The notes: generated by a model from the letters alone, not told the origin. DNA of 64,000 nt from Burkholderiales bacterium (GCA_019635015.1 JAHCAG010000009.1:53735-117734); one strand, 5' to 3'. Shown: positions 36,875 through 46,864, counted from the stretch's first letter. Numbers and translations: made by a program.

Positions 36875-36890
36875 TAAAATCAATATGATA
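36862..36890 (+). repeat. AT-rich IHF-consensus-like module, copy 5
   Basis: CAAAAATATTCAATAAAATCAATATGATA. The core AATCAATATGATA has one mismatch. Spans the head-to-head starts of the thioredoxin-fold gene (-) and hemC (+). Confidence 0.55.
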
Positions 36891-37838
36891 GAAAGAAATG
36901 TCGAGCAGCGCCCGGAAACCCTGGTGATCGCCACCCGCGAGTCCGCTCTGGCCCTGTGGCAGGCGCGGCATGTGCAGTCGGAGTTGCAGCGATTATATCC
37001 GGGGCTGCGGGTCTCATTGCTCGGCATGACCACCGAGGGTGATCGCAATCTCGGCAGTTCGCTCGCCAGGATCGGCGGCAAGGGCCTGTTCGTCAAGGAA
37101 CTCGAAGATGCCCTGGCCGACGGCCGCGCCGACATCGCGGTGCATTCGATGAAGGACGTGCCTATGCATCTGCCCGCGGGATTTGCGCTGGCGGCGATCC
37201 TCGAGCGCGCCGATCCGCGCGATGCTTTCGTATCCGTGAAGCACCGCGGACTTGGGCAGCTGCCGCCCGGCGCCCGTGTCGGCACATCGAGCCTGCGCCG
37301 CGAATGCCAGCTGCGCGCGCAGCATCCGCAACTCGTCATCGAAGCGCTGCGCGGCAATGTGCAGACCCGGCTGCGCAAGCTCGACGAGGGGCAGTACGAC
37401 GCGATCATCCTTGCCGCCGCCGGGCTCAAGCGGCTGGGTCTGGCCGAACGCATCACCGCGCTGCTGCCGCCGGAGGCCAGTTTGCCGGCGGTTGGCCAGG
37501 GGGCGCTGGGCATCGAATGCCGGGAAGATCGCGGCGACCTGATCGGCTTGCTGGCCCCGCTGGTGCATCCGCCGACCCGGCAATGCGTGCTCGCCGAGCG
37601 TGCATTTTCAAGGACACTGGCCGGCAGTTGCAACGTGCCCTTGGGTGGATTCGCGGAAATTTCCGGCGGGCGCCTGTTCCTGCGCGGTCTCGTCGGCGCG
37701 CCCGATGGTTCACGGGTCGTACGCGGCGAGACTGGCGGTGCGGCCGGCGATGCGGAAACCATCGGCATTGCGCTTGCCGAAGACCTGAAGCGCCGCGGCG
37801 CTGCGGACATCCTCGCCGCGCTTGCGCGGGACGCATGA
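36885..37838 (+). CDS. hemC: hydroxymethylbilane synthase (porphobilinogen deaminase)
   Basis: [29 protein letters not shown] and TSSLRR motifs. ATG at 36885 chosen by N-terminal comparison with E. coli HemC. Confidence 0.9.
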   Translation: MIERNVEQRPETLVIATRESALALWQARHVQSELQRLYPGLRVSLLGMTTEGDRNLGSSLARIGGKGLFVKELEDALADGRADIAVHSMKDVPMHLPAGFALAAILERADPRDAFVSVKHRGLGQLPPGARVGTSSLRRECQLRAQHPQLVIEALRGNVQTRLRKLDEGQYDAIILAAAGLKRLGLAERITALLPPEASLPAVGQGALGIECREDRGDLIGLLAPLVHPPTRQCVLAERAFSRTLAGSCNVPLGGFAEISGGRLFLRGLVGAPDGSRVVRGETGGAAGDAETIGIALAEDLKRRGAADILAALARDA

Positions 37839-38611
37839 CCCCGGCGGGCCCCCTTGCCGGGCGCGGCATCGTGGTCACGCGGCCGGCAGCGCAGGCCGGG
37901 CCGCTGGCCGGAATGATCCGTGCCGCGGGCGGCCTTCCGATACTGTTTCCGGTGCTCGAGATCCTCGATACCGGTGATCTTGCGCCGCTGCTCGAAGTCG
38001 TGGATCGCCTCGATCATTTTGACCTGGCGATATTCATCAGTCCGAATGCAGTGCTGCGCGCAATGAACCAGGTCGCCGCACGCCGCCCCTGGCCCGCAGG
38101 ACTGCGCGCCGCAGCCATCGGCAAAGGCAGCGTCAGGGAGCTGAAACGTTTCGGCATAACCGATGTCATCGCGCCCGCGCGCGCCTTCGACAGCGAGGGG
38201 CTGCTGGCCCTGCCGGAAATGCAGCGGGTCGCCGGGTGGCGGGTGGTGATCTTCCGCGGCGACGGCGGCCGCGAACTGCTGGGTGACACCCTCGCCGCGC
38301 GCGGCGCGAGCGTCGAGTATGTCGAGTGTTACCGGCGCGCCCGACCTCGCGCCGATGCCGCGCCGCTGCTCAGGGCCTGGGCACGCAACGAAGTCGATGC
38401 GGTGACTGTCACCAGCAGCGAAGGCCTGCGCAACCTGTTCGAAATGGTCGGCAGGCTCGGACAATCGTGGCTGAAACGCACGCCGCTGCTGGCGCCGCAT
38501 CCGCGCATAACCGCCGCTGCGCGCGAACTCGGCTGCGGCAATGTCATCGAGACGGCGCCGGGCGATGAAGGATTGATGGATGCACTGTTGCGGCTGTTTC
38601 CCCGCTCTTGA
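37835..38611 (+). CDS. hemD: uroporphyrinogen-III synthase
   Basis: ATGA overlap with the hemC stop. [16 protein letters not shown]...AIFISPNAV pattern. Position between hemC and hemX. Confidence 0.8.
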   Translation: MTPAGPLAGRGIVVTRPAAQAGPLAGMIRAAGGLPILFPVLEILDTGDLAPLLEVVDRLDHFDLAIFISPNAVLRAMNQVAARRPWPAGLRAAAIGKGSVRELKRFGITDVIAPARAFDSEGLLALPEMQRVAGWRVVIFRGDGGRELLGDTLAARGASVEYVECYRRARPRADAAPLLRAWARNEVDAVTVTSSEGLRNLFEMVGRLGQSWLKRTPLLAPHPRITAAARELGCGNVIETAPGDEGLMDALLRLFPRS

Positions 38612-38640
38612 GCGCGCAGTCGCCATGTTATTCTCCACGC

Positions 38641-39711
38641 ATGAATGAGCCCATCGCCGATTCCGGAAATGCAGCCCCTGCGGCTGCTGGCGCCGCGGCT
38701 CCGGCGGGCACCGCTGCCGGCACGGCCGTGCTGCCGGTGCTGGCGCTGATCGTCGCCCTCTGCGCCGGCGGCTTCAGCGTTTTCCATTGGTACCAGGGAC
38801 GCGGCGCGGACGATACCCTGCGCCATGAACTGGCACAGCGGCTGGCGGAAATGGCTGCGCGCGACCAGGCTGCCGCGGCGCGCGCCGACCAGGCCGCAGC
38901 GGCCCTGCGTGAAGCCGAGATCAAGGTGGGCGTCCTCGAGGCGAAGCTGGCCGAATCGCAGAGCCAGCAGATCGCGCTGGAGGCGCTGTACCAGGAGTTG
39001 TCGCGCAACCGCGATGAATGGGCATTTGCCGAGATCGAACAGTCAGTGCTGCTGGCCAGCCAGCAGCTGCAGGTTGCGGCGAATGTCCGCGCCGCGCTGA
39101 TCGGGCTCGAAAATGCCGAGGCAAGGCTGCAGCGCATGGAACAGCCGCGCTACAACATGCTGCGACGGGCGATCGTGCGCGACATCGAAAGGCTGAAGGC
39201 GCTGCCGCTGGCCGATGTTTATGGCACTGCAGCGCGCATCGACGACGCCATTTCGGCGATCGACCGCCTGCCGCTGGCGATGGATGCACGCTCCCGGCCG
39301 GACACTCCGCCGGCGGAACCCGCGGCCGGCCTTCCGGCCTGGGAACGCCTGCTGCGCGAGGCCTGGCAGGAGTTGCGCCAGCTGGTGCGCGTGCAACGCA
39401 CCGGCGTCGAAGATGCCGCGCTGCTGCCGCCGGAGCAGGTTTTTTTCCTGCGGGAGAATCTCAAACTGCGGATGCTCGGCGCGCGACTCGCATTGCTGTC
39501 GCGGGACGTTCGCAGCTACCAGGCCGACCTGCGTGCCGCCTCGGCGGCGCTGGAGCGGCACTTCGACATGAATGATGCCGCAGTGGCCGCGAGTGCTGCC
39601 GCCCTGCGCCGGCTGCAGGCGGCGCAGATCGAGATCGCGGTTCCGGACCTTGCCGAAACGCTGGACGCCTTGCGCCGGCTGCGTCCTTCACGCGGCAGGG
39701 CGCCGGCCTGA
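38641..39711 (+). CDS. hemX: HemX-family membrane protein
   Basis: Ala-rich N-terminus, one TM helix and a long coiled-coil region (QIALEALYQELSRNRDEW). Position after hemD. Confidence 0.8.
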   Translation: MNEPIADSGNAAPAAAGAAAPAGTAAGTAVLPVLALIVALCAGGFSVFHWYQGRGADDTLRHELAQRLAEMAARDQAAAARADQAAAALREAEIKVGVLEAKLAESQSQQIALEALYQELSRNRDEWAFAEIEQSVLLASQQLQVAANVRAALIGLENAEARLQRMEQPRYNMLRRAIVRDIERLKALPLADVYGTAARIDDAISAIDRLPLAMDARSRPDTPPAEPAAGLPAWERLLREAWQELRQLVRVQRTGVEDAALLPPEQVFFLRENLKLRMLGARLALLSRDVRSYQADLRAASAALERHFDMNDAAVAASAAALRRLQAAQIEIAVPDLAETLDALRRLRPSRGRAPA

Positions 39712-39736
39712 GCGCGGGCGCGGTGGCGGAGTACAG

Positions 39737-40945
39737 ATGCGCTGGGTGATCCGGATTTTCGTGCTGGGTGCGCTGGCAACGGGACTGACGCTGCTCGCCG
39801 GCCTCAATACCGGTTATGTGCTGGTGGCGCTGCCCGGCCACCGCGTCGAGCTGTCGCTCAATTTTGCGCTGATTCTTGCGGTGGCCGGTTTTGTCGCCGC
39901 TTATCTGCTGGTCCGCCTGCTGGTCACCACCGTCGAGTTGCCGGCGCGTGTCGCGCGTTTCCGCGCGGAGCGGCGCAGGGCCGCGGCCCACGACGCGCTG
40001 ATCGAGGCCTTGCGCGATTTTTTTGCCGGCAGCTATGCGCGCGCGGAAAAAAACGTGAACCGCGCCGTCGGACTGGGGGAGCCCGCCGACATTGGCGCCG
40101 TCATCGCCGCATCCGCCGCGCACGAACTGCGCGCTCCGGACCGCCGCGACCGTTATCTTGCGCAAGGGGCGGCCGATCCGGCAAAACCCGATGCCGCGCG
40201 GACGGTCAGCGAGGCCCGGATGCTGCTCGACGAGCGGCGGCCCGAGGATGCACTGGCCGCGCTTGCCGTGCTGCCGGCAAAACACACTGCTGCACTGCGT
40301 CTCGAGCTGCGGGCGCGGCAGCGCCTCGGGCAGTGGGATCTGGTGCCGGCCCTGGTCGATCAGCTGGAAAAGCGCGCCGTGTTCGGCAAGGATCGCGCGG
40401 ATGCCGAGCGCTCCCATGCCTGGCGCCAGTTGCTTGAGCGCGAGGCCGGGGATGCTGCAGCACTGGCCGCAGCCTGGAAACGTGTTCCCGATGCGTACCG
40501 CCGCGATACGACAGTTGCCGCCGCGGCGGCAACTGCTTTTCACGCGCTGGGGCGCTGCTCCGAAGCGCAGGAGGTGATCGAACGCAGCCTCGAGGCGGAC
40601 TGGGATGGCGGACTGGTCGCTCTCTACGGGGAATGCAGCGGGCAGGACACCCTGCGCCAGATCGAGCGCGCCGAGCGCTGGCTGAAGGATCATCGCGAGG
40701 ACGGCGCGCTGCTGCTGGCGCTGGGGCGCCTCTGCGCGCGGCAGCAGCTCTGGGGCAAGGCGCAGAGTTATCTGGAGGCGAGCATCGCCGTCGAACCGAC
40801 CTATTCGGCGCACCTGGAACTGGCGCGGCTGCATGAGCAGCTCGAACGTCCGGACGCCGCCCGCGCACAATACCGCGCCAGCCTCGACCTCGCAGTAGCG
40901 CAGCTCAACCGCCTGTCCGGCGGCCGCCGGCGCAAACCGCTGTAG
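39737..40945 (+). CDS. hemY: HemY-family protein (N-terminal membrane domain + TPR)
   Basis: MRWVIRIFVLGALATG..., two TM segments, then TPR-like repeats. Position after hemX. Confidence 0.8.
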   Translation: MRWVIRIFVLGALATGLTLLAGLNTGYVLVALPGHRVELSLNFALILAVAGFVAAYLLVRLLVTTVELPARVARFRAERRRAAAHDALIEALRDFFAGSYARAEKNVNRAVGLGEPADIGAVIAASAAHELRAPDRRDRYLAQGAADPAKPDAARTVSEARMLLDERRPEDALAALAVLPAKHTAALRLELRARQRLGQWDLVPALVDQLEKRAVFGKDRADAERSHAWRQLLEREAGDAAALAAAWKRVPDAYRRDTTVAAAAATAFHALGRCSEAQEVIERSLEADWDGGLVALYGECSGQDTLRQIERAERWLKDHREDGALLLALGRLCARQQLWGKAQSYLEASIAVEPTYSAHLELARLHEQLERPDAARAQYRASLDLAVAQLNRLSGGRRRKPL

Positions 40946-40957
40946 GCGGCGCGCCGC

Positions 40958-41980
40958 TCAGCCGCCCGGCGCCACCGCCGGGGTAAAGGCGTCGGCGTGG
41001 AATGCCGATTCGGGCAGACCGCAGCGCGTGCTGAAATCGCGTTTCGCCGCCTCGATCATCGCCGGCGCCCCGCAGGCATAAACCTCGTGGCCCGACAGGT
41101 CCGGCAGGTCGGCCATCACCGCTTCATGGACCAGGCCGCGGCGCCCCTGCCAGCCGTCGCCGGCAACGGTTTCCGAAAGTACCGGCACATAACGAATGCC
41201 ATGCTCGCGCTGCCAGGTTTCCGGGAGCTCGTTGAGGTAGAGATCCGGAGCCTGACGCGCGCCGCGGTAGAGCAGCAGCGGGCGTTTGATCCTGTGGTGC
41301 AGCGCGTGCTCGATCATGGCCTTGATCGGGGCGAAACCCGTGCCGCCCGCGATCATCACGGCCGGCTTTTCGCTGTCTTCGTGCAGATGGAAACTGCCCA
41401 GGGGGCCTTCGAAACGCAGGATGTCCTTCTCTTTCATCTGCGTGAAGACATGGCTGCTGAACGGCCCGCCGTAATTGCGCAGATGCAGTTCGAGCAGTCC
41501 GTCATCGTGCGGGGGATTGGCCAGCGAGAGGCTGCGGCGCGTGCCGTCCTTGAGCAGGATGTCGATGTACTGCCCGGCGAGGAACTGCAGGCGCTCCGAC
41601 GCCGGCAGCCGCAGCCGGATGCGCATCACGTCGGGCGCCAGTTTTTCCAGCGACTGCACGCGGCAGGGAAGGATCTTCACCGGAATGTCCTTGACCGCGC
41701 CGATCTCGCGGCATTCGATCACCAGGTCCGATACCGGCAGCGCCTGGCAGAACAGCGCCATGCCGCGCTCGCGTTCCGCAGCCGGCAATGCCGTTTCCTG
41801 CGACAGGCCGTGGTCCACCGCGCCCGCGACGACCTTGCCCTTGCAGGAGCCGCAGGCGCCGTTGCGGCAGCCATAGGGCAGCATGTAGCCCTCGCGCAAT
41901 GCGGCCTCGAGCACGGTCTCGCCGCTGTTCGCGTGAAATACATGGCCGCTGGGGCGGATGGTGATGATTTGCCGGGACAT
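40958..41980 (-). CDS. 2Fe-2S ferredoxin / FNR-type flavin reductase fusion (CDP-6-deoxy-delta-3,4-glucoseen reductase-like)
   Basis: Plant-type ferredoxin motif CRNGACGSCKGKV; FAD/NAD modules RSLSLAN and MIAGGTGFAP. Confidence 0.8.
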   Translation of the reverse strand: MSRQIITIRPSGHVFHANSGETVLEAALREGYMLPYGCRNGACGSCKGKVVAGAVDHGLSQETALPAAERERGMALFCQALPVSDLVIECREIGAVKDIPVKILPCRVQSLEKLAPDVMRIRLRLPASERLQFLAGQYIDILLKDGTRRSLSLANPPHDDGLLELHLRNYGGPFSSHVFTQMKEKDILRFEGPLGSFHLHEDSEKPAVMIAGGTGFAPIKAMIEHALHHRIKRPLLLYRGARQAPDLYLNELPETWQREHGIRYVPVLSETVAGDGWQGRRGLVHEAVMADLPDLSGHEVYACGAPAMIEAAKRDFSTRCGLPESAFHADAFTPAVAPGG

Positions 41981-42011
41981 GGGTCGGAGGTTCGGGGAGG
42001 GGTGGCTGGGC

Positions 42012-42017
42012 TAGAAT
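42012..42017 (+). promoter_or_regulatory. -10 element (GCTAGAAT context) 8 nt upstream of the SDR gene ATG
   Basis: GGGCTAGAATAGGGCACTATG has no SD sequence. It uses the same GCTAGAAT word found upstream of algZ and tRNA-Arg. Confidence 0.3.
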
Positions 42018-42025
42018 AGGGCACT

Positions 42026-42922
42026 ATGAAACGGCTGCTGATCATCGGTTGCGGCGACGTCGGCTTGCGCACGGCCTTGCTGCTGCGCAAGCGCTACCGC
42101 ATCCATGCGCTGACGCACAGCCTGGAGCGGATTGCCGTGCTGCGCAGCCATGGCCTGATGCCGATGTACGGTGACCTTGACCGGCCGCACACGCTGGACG
42201 GCCTTCCGGGCCTTGCCCATGACGTCATCCACCTTGCGCCGCCGCCGCCGCGCGGCCGCAGCGACACGCGCACCGCGCACCTGATCGCAGCCATCGCGAG
42301 GGGCGGCAGTCTACCACAGCACTTTGTCTACATCAGCACCAGCGGTGTCTACGGCGATTGCGGCGGCGCGCTGGTCGATGAAACAAGCCCGCTGCGCCCG
42401 CAGACCGATCGTGCCCGCCGTCGCGCGGACGCCGAAAGGCGGCTGCGCGAGTGGGGCGCGCGCAGCGGTGTGCGCGTCAGTATCCTGCGTGTGCCCGGCA
42501 TCTATGCCGCCGACCGCCTGCCGCTGGCACGCATCGAACGCGGCACGCCCGCACTGCAGCCGCAGGACGACTCGTATGTGAATCATGTCCACGCCGATGA
42601 TCTGGCCGGGATGATCGTGGCCGCGTTGCATCGCGGCCAGGCCAACCGCAGCTACAACGCCAGCGACGATGCGCCGCAGAAGATGGGCGACTATTTCGAT
42701 CTCGTGGCCGACCGTTTTCTCCTGCCGCGGCCGCCGCGGGTGACCCGCGCCGAAGCCCGGTCGGTGATTCCGGACAACCTCTATTCGTTCATGAACGAAT
42801 CCCGGCGTCTTGCCAACGCGCGCATCAAGCAGGAACTGCGGGTCCGTCTGCGTTATCCGACCGTGCGGGAGGGCATTGCCGGGTCGCTGGCCGGCAGGCG
42901 GGGGCCGGCCCATGGCGGCTGA
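42026..42922 (+). CDS. SDR / NAD-dependent epimerase-dehydratase family oxidoreductase
   Basis: MKRLLIIGCGDVGLR Rossmann N-terminus, YISTSGVYGD and later HVHADDLA. Confidence 0.75.
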   Translation: MKRLLIIGCGDVGLRTALLLRKRYRIHALTHSLERIAVLRSHGLMPMYGDLDRPHTLDGLPGLAHDVIHLAPPPPRGRSDTRTAHLIAAIARGGSLPQHFVYISTSGVYGDCGGALVDETSPLRPQTDRARRRADAERRLREWGARSGVRVSILRVPGIYAADRLPLARIERGTPALQPQDDSYVNHVHADDLAGMIVAALHRGQANRSYNASDDAPQKMGDYFDLVADRFLLPRPPRVTRAEARSVIPDNLYSFMNESRRLANARIKQELRVRLRYPTVREGIAGSLAGRRGPAHGG

Positions 42923-43274
42923 CGCCGGATCCGCGTTGCTGGTATTTTCGACTTTGCCCGATGCCGCCGCGGCACGGCGGCTGGCACGGCTGCTGCTGGA
43001 GCGCAGGCTGGCGGCCTGTGTCAGCGTCCTCGCGCCCTGCACCTCGGTGTACCGCTGGCGGGGCGCGATCGAAGAAGCCGCGGAAGTGCCGCTGATGATC
43101 AAGACCACGGCCGCGCGCTACCCCGATCTCGAGGCGGCAATCCGCGCGGAGCACCCCTACGAACTTCCGGAAATTGTCGCGGTCCCAGTCCAGCGCGGCC
43201 TGCCCGGGTACCTCGACTGGGTGGCTGCCGAAACCGCAGCCCCGCCTCCATCCTCCCCTTCCCCCCGCACATGA
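42912..43274 (+). CDS. cutA: divalent-cation tolerance protein CutA
   Basis: LAACVSVLAPCTSVYRWRGAIE....HPYELPEIV motifs. Overlaps the dsbD start (ATGA), the classical cutA-dsbD arrangement. Confidence 0.85.
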   Translation: MAADAGSALLVFSTLPDAAAARRLARLLLERRLAACVSVLAPCTSVYRWRGAIEEAAEVPLMIKTTAARYPDLEAAIRAEHPYELPEIVAVPVQRGLPGYLDWVAAETAAPPPSSPSPRT

Positions 43275-45067
43275 CCCTGCGCTGGCTGATACTGCTGCTT
43301 GTCTTCGCCACCGGCATTGCGCGGGCGGCGGAACCGGATCTGCTGGATCCGGAAAAGGCCTTCGTGTTCAGCGCGCGTGTCGTTGCACCCGATGCTGTCG
43401 AAGTGCGTTATGTGATCGCCAAGGGCTATTACATGTACCGCGACAAGTTCCGCTTCTCGCTGGAACCTGCCGCGGTCAGCGCCGGCGCGGACGAACGGCC
43501 GCCCGGCCTGGTGCACAAGGACGAATTCTTCGGCGAAACCCGGATTTACCGTGACGAAGTGCGTATCCGGCTGCCGATCCATGCCGGCAGTGCGCAGCGT
43601 GCGGTGCTCACCGCCGTTTCCCAGGGCTGCGCTGATGCCGGCGTCTGTTATGTGCCGGTCGAACAGAAGGCCGAGCTGCGCCTCGCCGCGGCGCCGGCCG
43701 GTGGTGATGCCGCGGCATCGCGCCTGTTCGGCGCGTCATCGTCCGCGGCGCCGGCTGCGCAGGGTGAGGACGGCGCGGTGGCGGCGCTGTTCCACGGCGA
43801 GGCCTGGCTGCTGATTCTCAGTTTCTTCGGCTTTGGCCTGCTGCTGTCGTTCACGCCCTGCGTGCTGCCGATGGTGCCGATATTGTCCGGCATCATCGTC
43901 GGGCAGGGCCACAAGGTCACCCGCGTCCACGGCCTGCTGCTCTCCGGCAGTTATGTGCTGGGTATGGCGCTTACCTATGCGCTGGCCGGCGTCGCTGCCG
44001 GACTGTCGGGCGCGATGCTGGCCGCGGCGCTGCAGAATCCCTGGGTCCTCGGCGCTTTTGCCGCGGTGTTTGTCGCGCTGGCGTTGTCGATGTTCGGGTT
44101 CTACGAGCTGCAGCTGCCTTCGGCGCTGCAGTCAAAGCTGGCCGGCGCCAGCGGCAGACTGCACGGCGGCCACTATGCGGGAGTCTTTGCGATGGGCGTG
44201 CTGTCGGCGCTGATCGTCGGCCCCTGCGTTGCCGCGCCGCTGGCCGGGGCGCTGCTCTACATCTCGCAAAGCGGTGATGCCGTGCTCGGTGGTGTCGCCC
44301 TGTTTGCCATGGCGCTGGGCATGGGGGTTCCGCTGCTGGTGGTCGGCGCCTCCGCCGGCGCGCTGCTGCCCAGGGCCGGGCCGTGGATGGAGACCGTCAA
44401 GCGCTTCTTCGGCGTGATGCTGATCGCGGTCGCCATATACCTGGTGTCTCCGGTGATCCCGGTGACGGTGCAGATGCTGGCATGGGCTGCCTTGCTGATA
44501 CTGGCTGCGGTCCACCTGCAGGCGCTGGACCCGCTGCCGCCGAATGCGCGCGGATTTGCCCGCTTCAGCAAGGGAATAGGCGTCATCGCGCTGGTCGCGG
44601 GAATTGCCTTCCTGGTGGGTGCGCTGTCCGGGGCGCGCGACGTGCTGCAGCCGCTGTCCGGCCTTCGCAGCACCGCGGCGGCCGGTGCTGCACAGTCGGG
44701 TCCGGTGCCATTCCAGCGGGTGTCCAGCAATGCCGAGCTCGATGCCGCGATCAGCGCTTCTGCGGGCAAGACCGTGATGCTCGATTTTTATGCCGACTGG
44801 TGCGTCACCTGCAAGGAGATGGAGCGCTACACCTTCACCGATTCCGCGGTGCAGGCCCGGCTTTCCGGCATGGTCAAGATACAGGCCGACGTGACCGCGG
44901 GCACGCCGGAGCACCGTGCGCTGCTGCAGCGTTTCCGCCTGTTCGGTCCGCCGGGCATCGTGTTTTTCGACCCAGCCGGCCGTGAAATCCAGGGCTTGCG
45001 CGTGATCGGATTCCAGGCCGCCGACCGTTTTGCCGCGGTACTTGACCAGGCGCTGGGCGTCCGGTGA
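43271..45067 (+). CDS. dsbD: thiol:disulfide interchange protein DsbD
   Basis: N-terminal periplasmic domain (QGCADAGVCY), central membrane domain (FTPCVLPMVPIL, GPCVAAPL) and a C-terminal thioredoxin domain (DWCVTCKE). Confidence 0.9.
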   Translation: MTLRWLILLLVFATGIARAAEPDLLDPEKAFVFSARVVAPDAVEVRYVIAKGYYMYRDKFRFSLEPAAVSAGADERPPGLVHKDEFFGETRIYRDEVRIRLPIHAGSAQRAVLTAVSQGCADAGVCYVPVEQKAELRLAAAPAGGDAAASRLFGASSSAAPAAQGEDGAVAALFHGEAWLLILSFFGFGLLLSFTPCVLPMVPILSGIIVGQGHKVTRVHGLLLSGSYVLGMALTYALAGVAAGLSGAMLAAALQNPWVLGAFAAVFVALALSMFGFYELQLPSALQSKLAGASGRLHGGHYAGVFAMGVLSALIVGPCVAAPLAGALLYISQSGDAVLGGVALFAMALGMGVPLLVVGASAGALLPRAGPWMETVKRFFGVMLIAVAIYLVSPVIPVTVQMLAWAALLILAAVHLQALDPLPPNARGFARFSKGIGVIALVAGIAFLVGALSGARDVLQPLSGLRSTAAAGAAQSGPVPFQRVSSNAELDAAISASAGKTVMLDFYADWCVTCKEMERYTFTDSAVQARLSGMVKIQADVTAGTPEHRALLQRFRLFGPPGIVFFDPAGREIQGLRVIGFQAADRFAAVLDQALGVR

Positions 45068-45612
45068 GGCCGCTGCGCCGGGCCCTGTTGGCGGCCGCTG
45101 TCGGCGGTGTGGCTGCGGCGGCCGGTTATGGCGCCCACCTCTGGCGCATCGGCAGCATCGGCGCGAAACCGGCGGATGACGCAGCGCGCGCAATCCTTGA
45201 AAGCCGGCTGACCACACTCGATGGCGTGGCCCGTACGCTGGAGGATTTCCGCGGCCGGATCCTGATCATCAATTACTGGGCAACCTGGTGCGCACCCTGC
45301 CGCGAGGAAATTCCGATGTTCGTCCGCCTGCAGCAGGAACTCTCCGGCAACGGCGTTCAATTCATAGGCATTGCCGTCGATCAGGCAGACAAGGTTTTCG
45401 ATTTCTCGCGGGAGTTCGGAATCAACTATCCACTGTTTATCGGCGGCATTGATGCCGTGGATCTGTCGCGCAAGGCGGGCAACCGCGCCGGCGTGCTTCC
45501 CTACACGCTGGTGCTGGACCGCTTTGGCGCCATTCGCGCGAGCCTAGTGGGGGAATTGACGGAGGCGCGCCTGCGGGGGGAGCTGCAACCGCTGTTATCA
45601 GTCGCAAGCTGA
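45064..45612 (+). CDS. TlpA/ResA-family periplasmic thiol-disulfide oxidoreductase
   Basis: ILIINYWATWCAPCREEIP thioredoxin-like motif. 4-nt overlap with dsbD. Confidence 0.85.
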   Translation: MRPLRRALLAAAVGGVAAAAGYGAHLWRIGSIGAKPADDAARAILESRLTTLDGVARTLEDFRGRILIINYWATWCAPCREEIPMFVRLQQELSGNGVQFIGIAVDQADKVFDFSREFGINYPLFIGGIDAVDLSRKAGNRAGVLPYTLVLDRFGAIRASLVGELTEARLRGELQPLLSVAS

Positions 45613-45949
45613 GCGGGGGCGAAGGCCCCTTGCGTTGCGAATCAGCGGTCAATTCCGGCCGTCATGCGCTGATATCAAGGCTTTAATACACCAATTTCTG
45701 TTAATTATCATCAGATCATCCGGGCGAAAGAGGGCCGGGGAGAGGCCGTGCCCAGCCTGAAATGGCGTCGATGCGCAGTCGCCCATGCGGTCCAGCGGGC
45801 AGAAGGTTAACGTCCGTTAAATCCTATTCTATTGTGGACTTTTCCCGTTAACTTAAGGCAAAATCCGCCAACTTTCGTCAGATGGGCGTTGAGGAGCTGC
45901 GGCCCGGATGCCATGGGCCGATGTGGCCATCGTTATAATTGCGAACATC

Positions 45950-46402
45950 ATGTCCAAGCCGAAACATCTGTTGCTGCTGAATGGCCCCAATCTGAATCTG
46001 CTCGGCACGCGCGAGCCCGGGATCTATGGCGCGACCACACTGGCCGAGATCGAATCCGGGCTGCAGGCGAGAGCACAGTCGGCACAAGCCACGCTGGCCT
46101 GTTTTCAGAGCAATTCCGAGGCCGAACTGGTCGAGCGGGTGCAACAGGCCGGCCGTGAAGGGGTGGATTTCATCCTGATCAATCCTGCCGCCTATACCCA
46201 TACCAGTGTCGCCCTGCGTGATGCGCTGGCCGCGGTCGCCATTCCGTTTGTCGAGATCCATCTCTCCAATGTATTTGCCCGGGAGTCGTTCCGCCGGGAA
46301 TCCTTTTTTTCCGATATTGCTGTCGGCGTCATCAGCGGCCTCGGGCCGGCCGGTTACGAACTGGCACTCGATTACGCACTGCGCCACACCACAAAGGGCT
46401 GA
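45950..46402 (+). CDS. aroQ: type II 3-dehydroquinate dehydratase
   Basis: [33 protein letters not shown] and EIHLSNV motifs. aroQ-accB-accC order. Confidence 0.95.
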   Translation: MSKPKHLLLLNGPNLNLLGTREPGIYGATTLAEIESGLQARAQSAQATLACFQSNSEAELVERVQQAGREGVDFILINPAAYTHTSVALRDALAAVAIPFVEIHLSNVFARESFRRESFFSDIAVGVISGLGPAGYELALDYALRHTTKG

Positions 46403-46405
46403 TTC

Positions 46406-46864
46406 ATGGATTTGCGCAAGTTGAAAACGCTGATCGACCTTGTACAGCAGTCCGGCATTGCCGAGCTGGAGATCACCGAAGGCGAGGAAAAGGTGCGCAT
46501 CAGCCGTTTCGGCGCGGCCGGTGCGCAGACCGTGGCGCCGCAGAGCGTGGTGGTTCCGCTGCCCGTCGCAGCCGCGGCAGCCGAGCCCGCGGCGCCTGCT
46601 GCAGAGGCGGAGTCCGCATCGGAACCGGAAGCGCATGCCCTGAAATCCCCGATGGTCGGCACTTTCTATCGTTCGTCGGCGCCGGGCGCCAAGTCCTTTG
46701 TCGAAGTCGGACAGGCTGTAAAGGCCGGCGAGACCGTCTGCATCATCGAGGCCATGAAGCTGCTCAATGAAATAGAGGCGGATCGCGACGGCGTGATCAA
46801 GGCCATCCTGGTGGAAAACGGCCAGCCGGTCGAGTACGGCCAGCCGCTGTTCCTGATCGACTGA
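46406..46864 (+). CDS. accB: acetyl-CoA carboxylase biotin carboxyl carrier protein
   Basis: Ala/Pro-rich linker and biotinylation motif [14 protein letters not shown]. Confidence 0.95.
   Translation: MDLRKLKTLIDLVQQSGIAELEITEGEEKVRISRFGAAGAQTVAPQSVVVPLPVAAAAAEPAAPAAEAESASEPEAHALKSPMVGTFYRSSAPGAKSFVEVGQAVKAGETVCIIEAMKLLNEIEADRDGVIKAILVENGQPVEYGQPLFLID

Noticed and set aside
36875-38638. Upstream 590 codons of the 748-aa minus-strand ORF 36392..38638.
   Set aside because: Only the last ~160 codons look like a protein (signal peptide plus CPYC thioredoxin fold). The remainder is antisense to hemC and hemD, which are clearly real.
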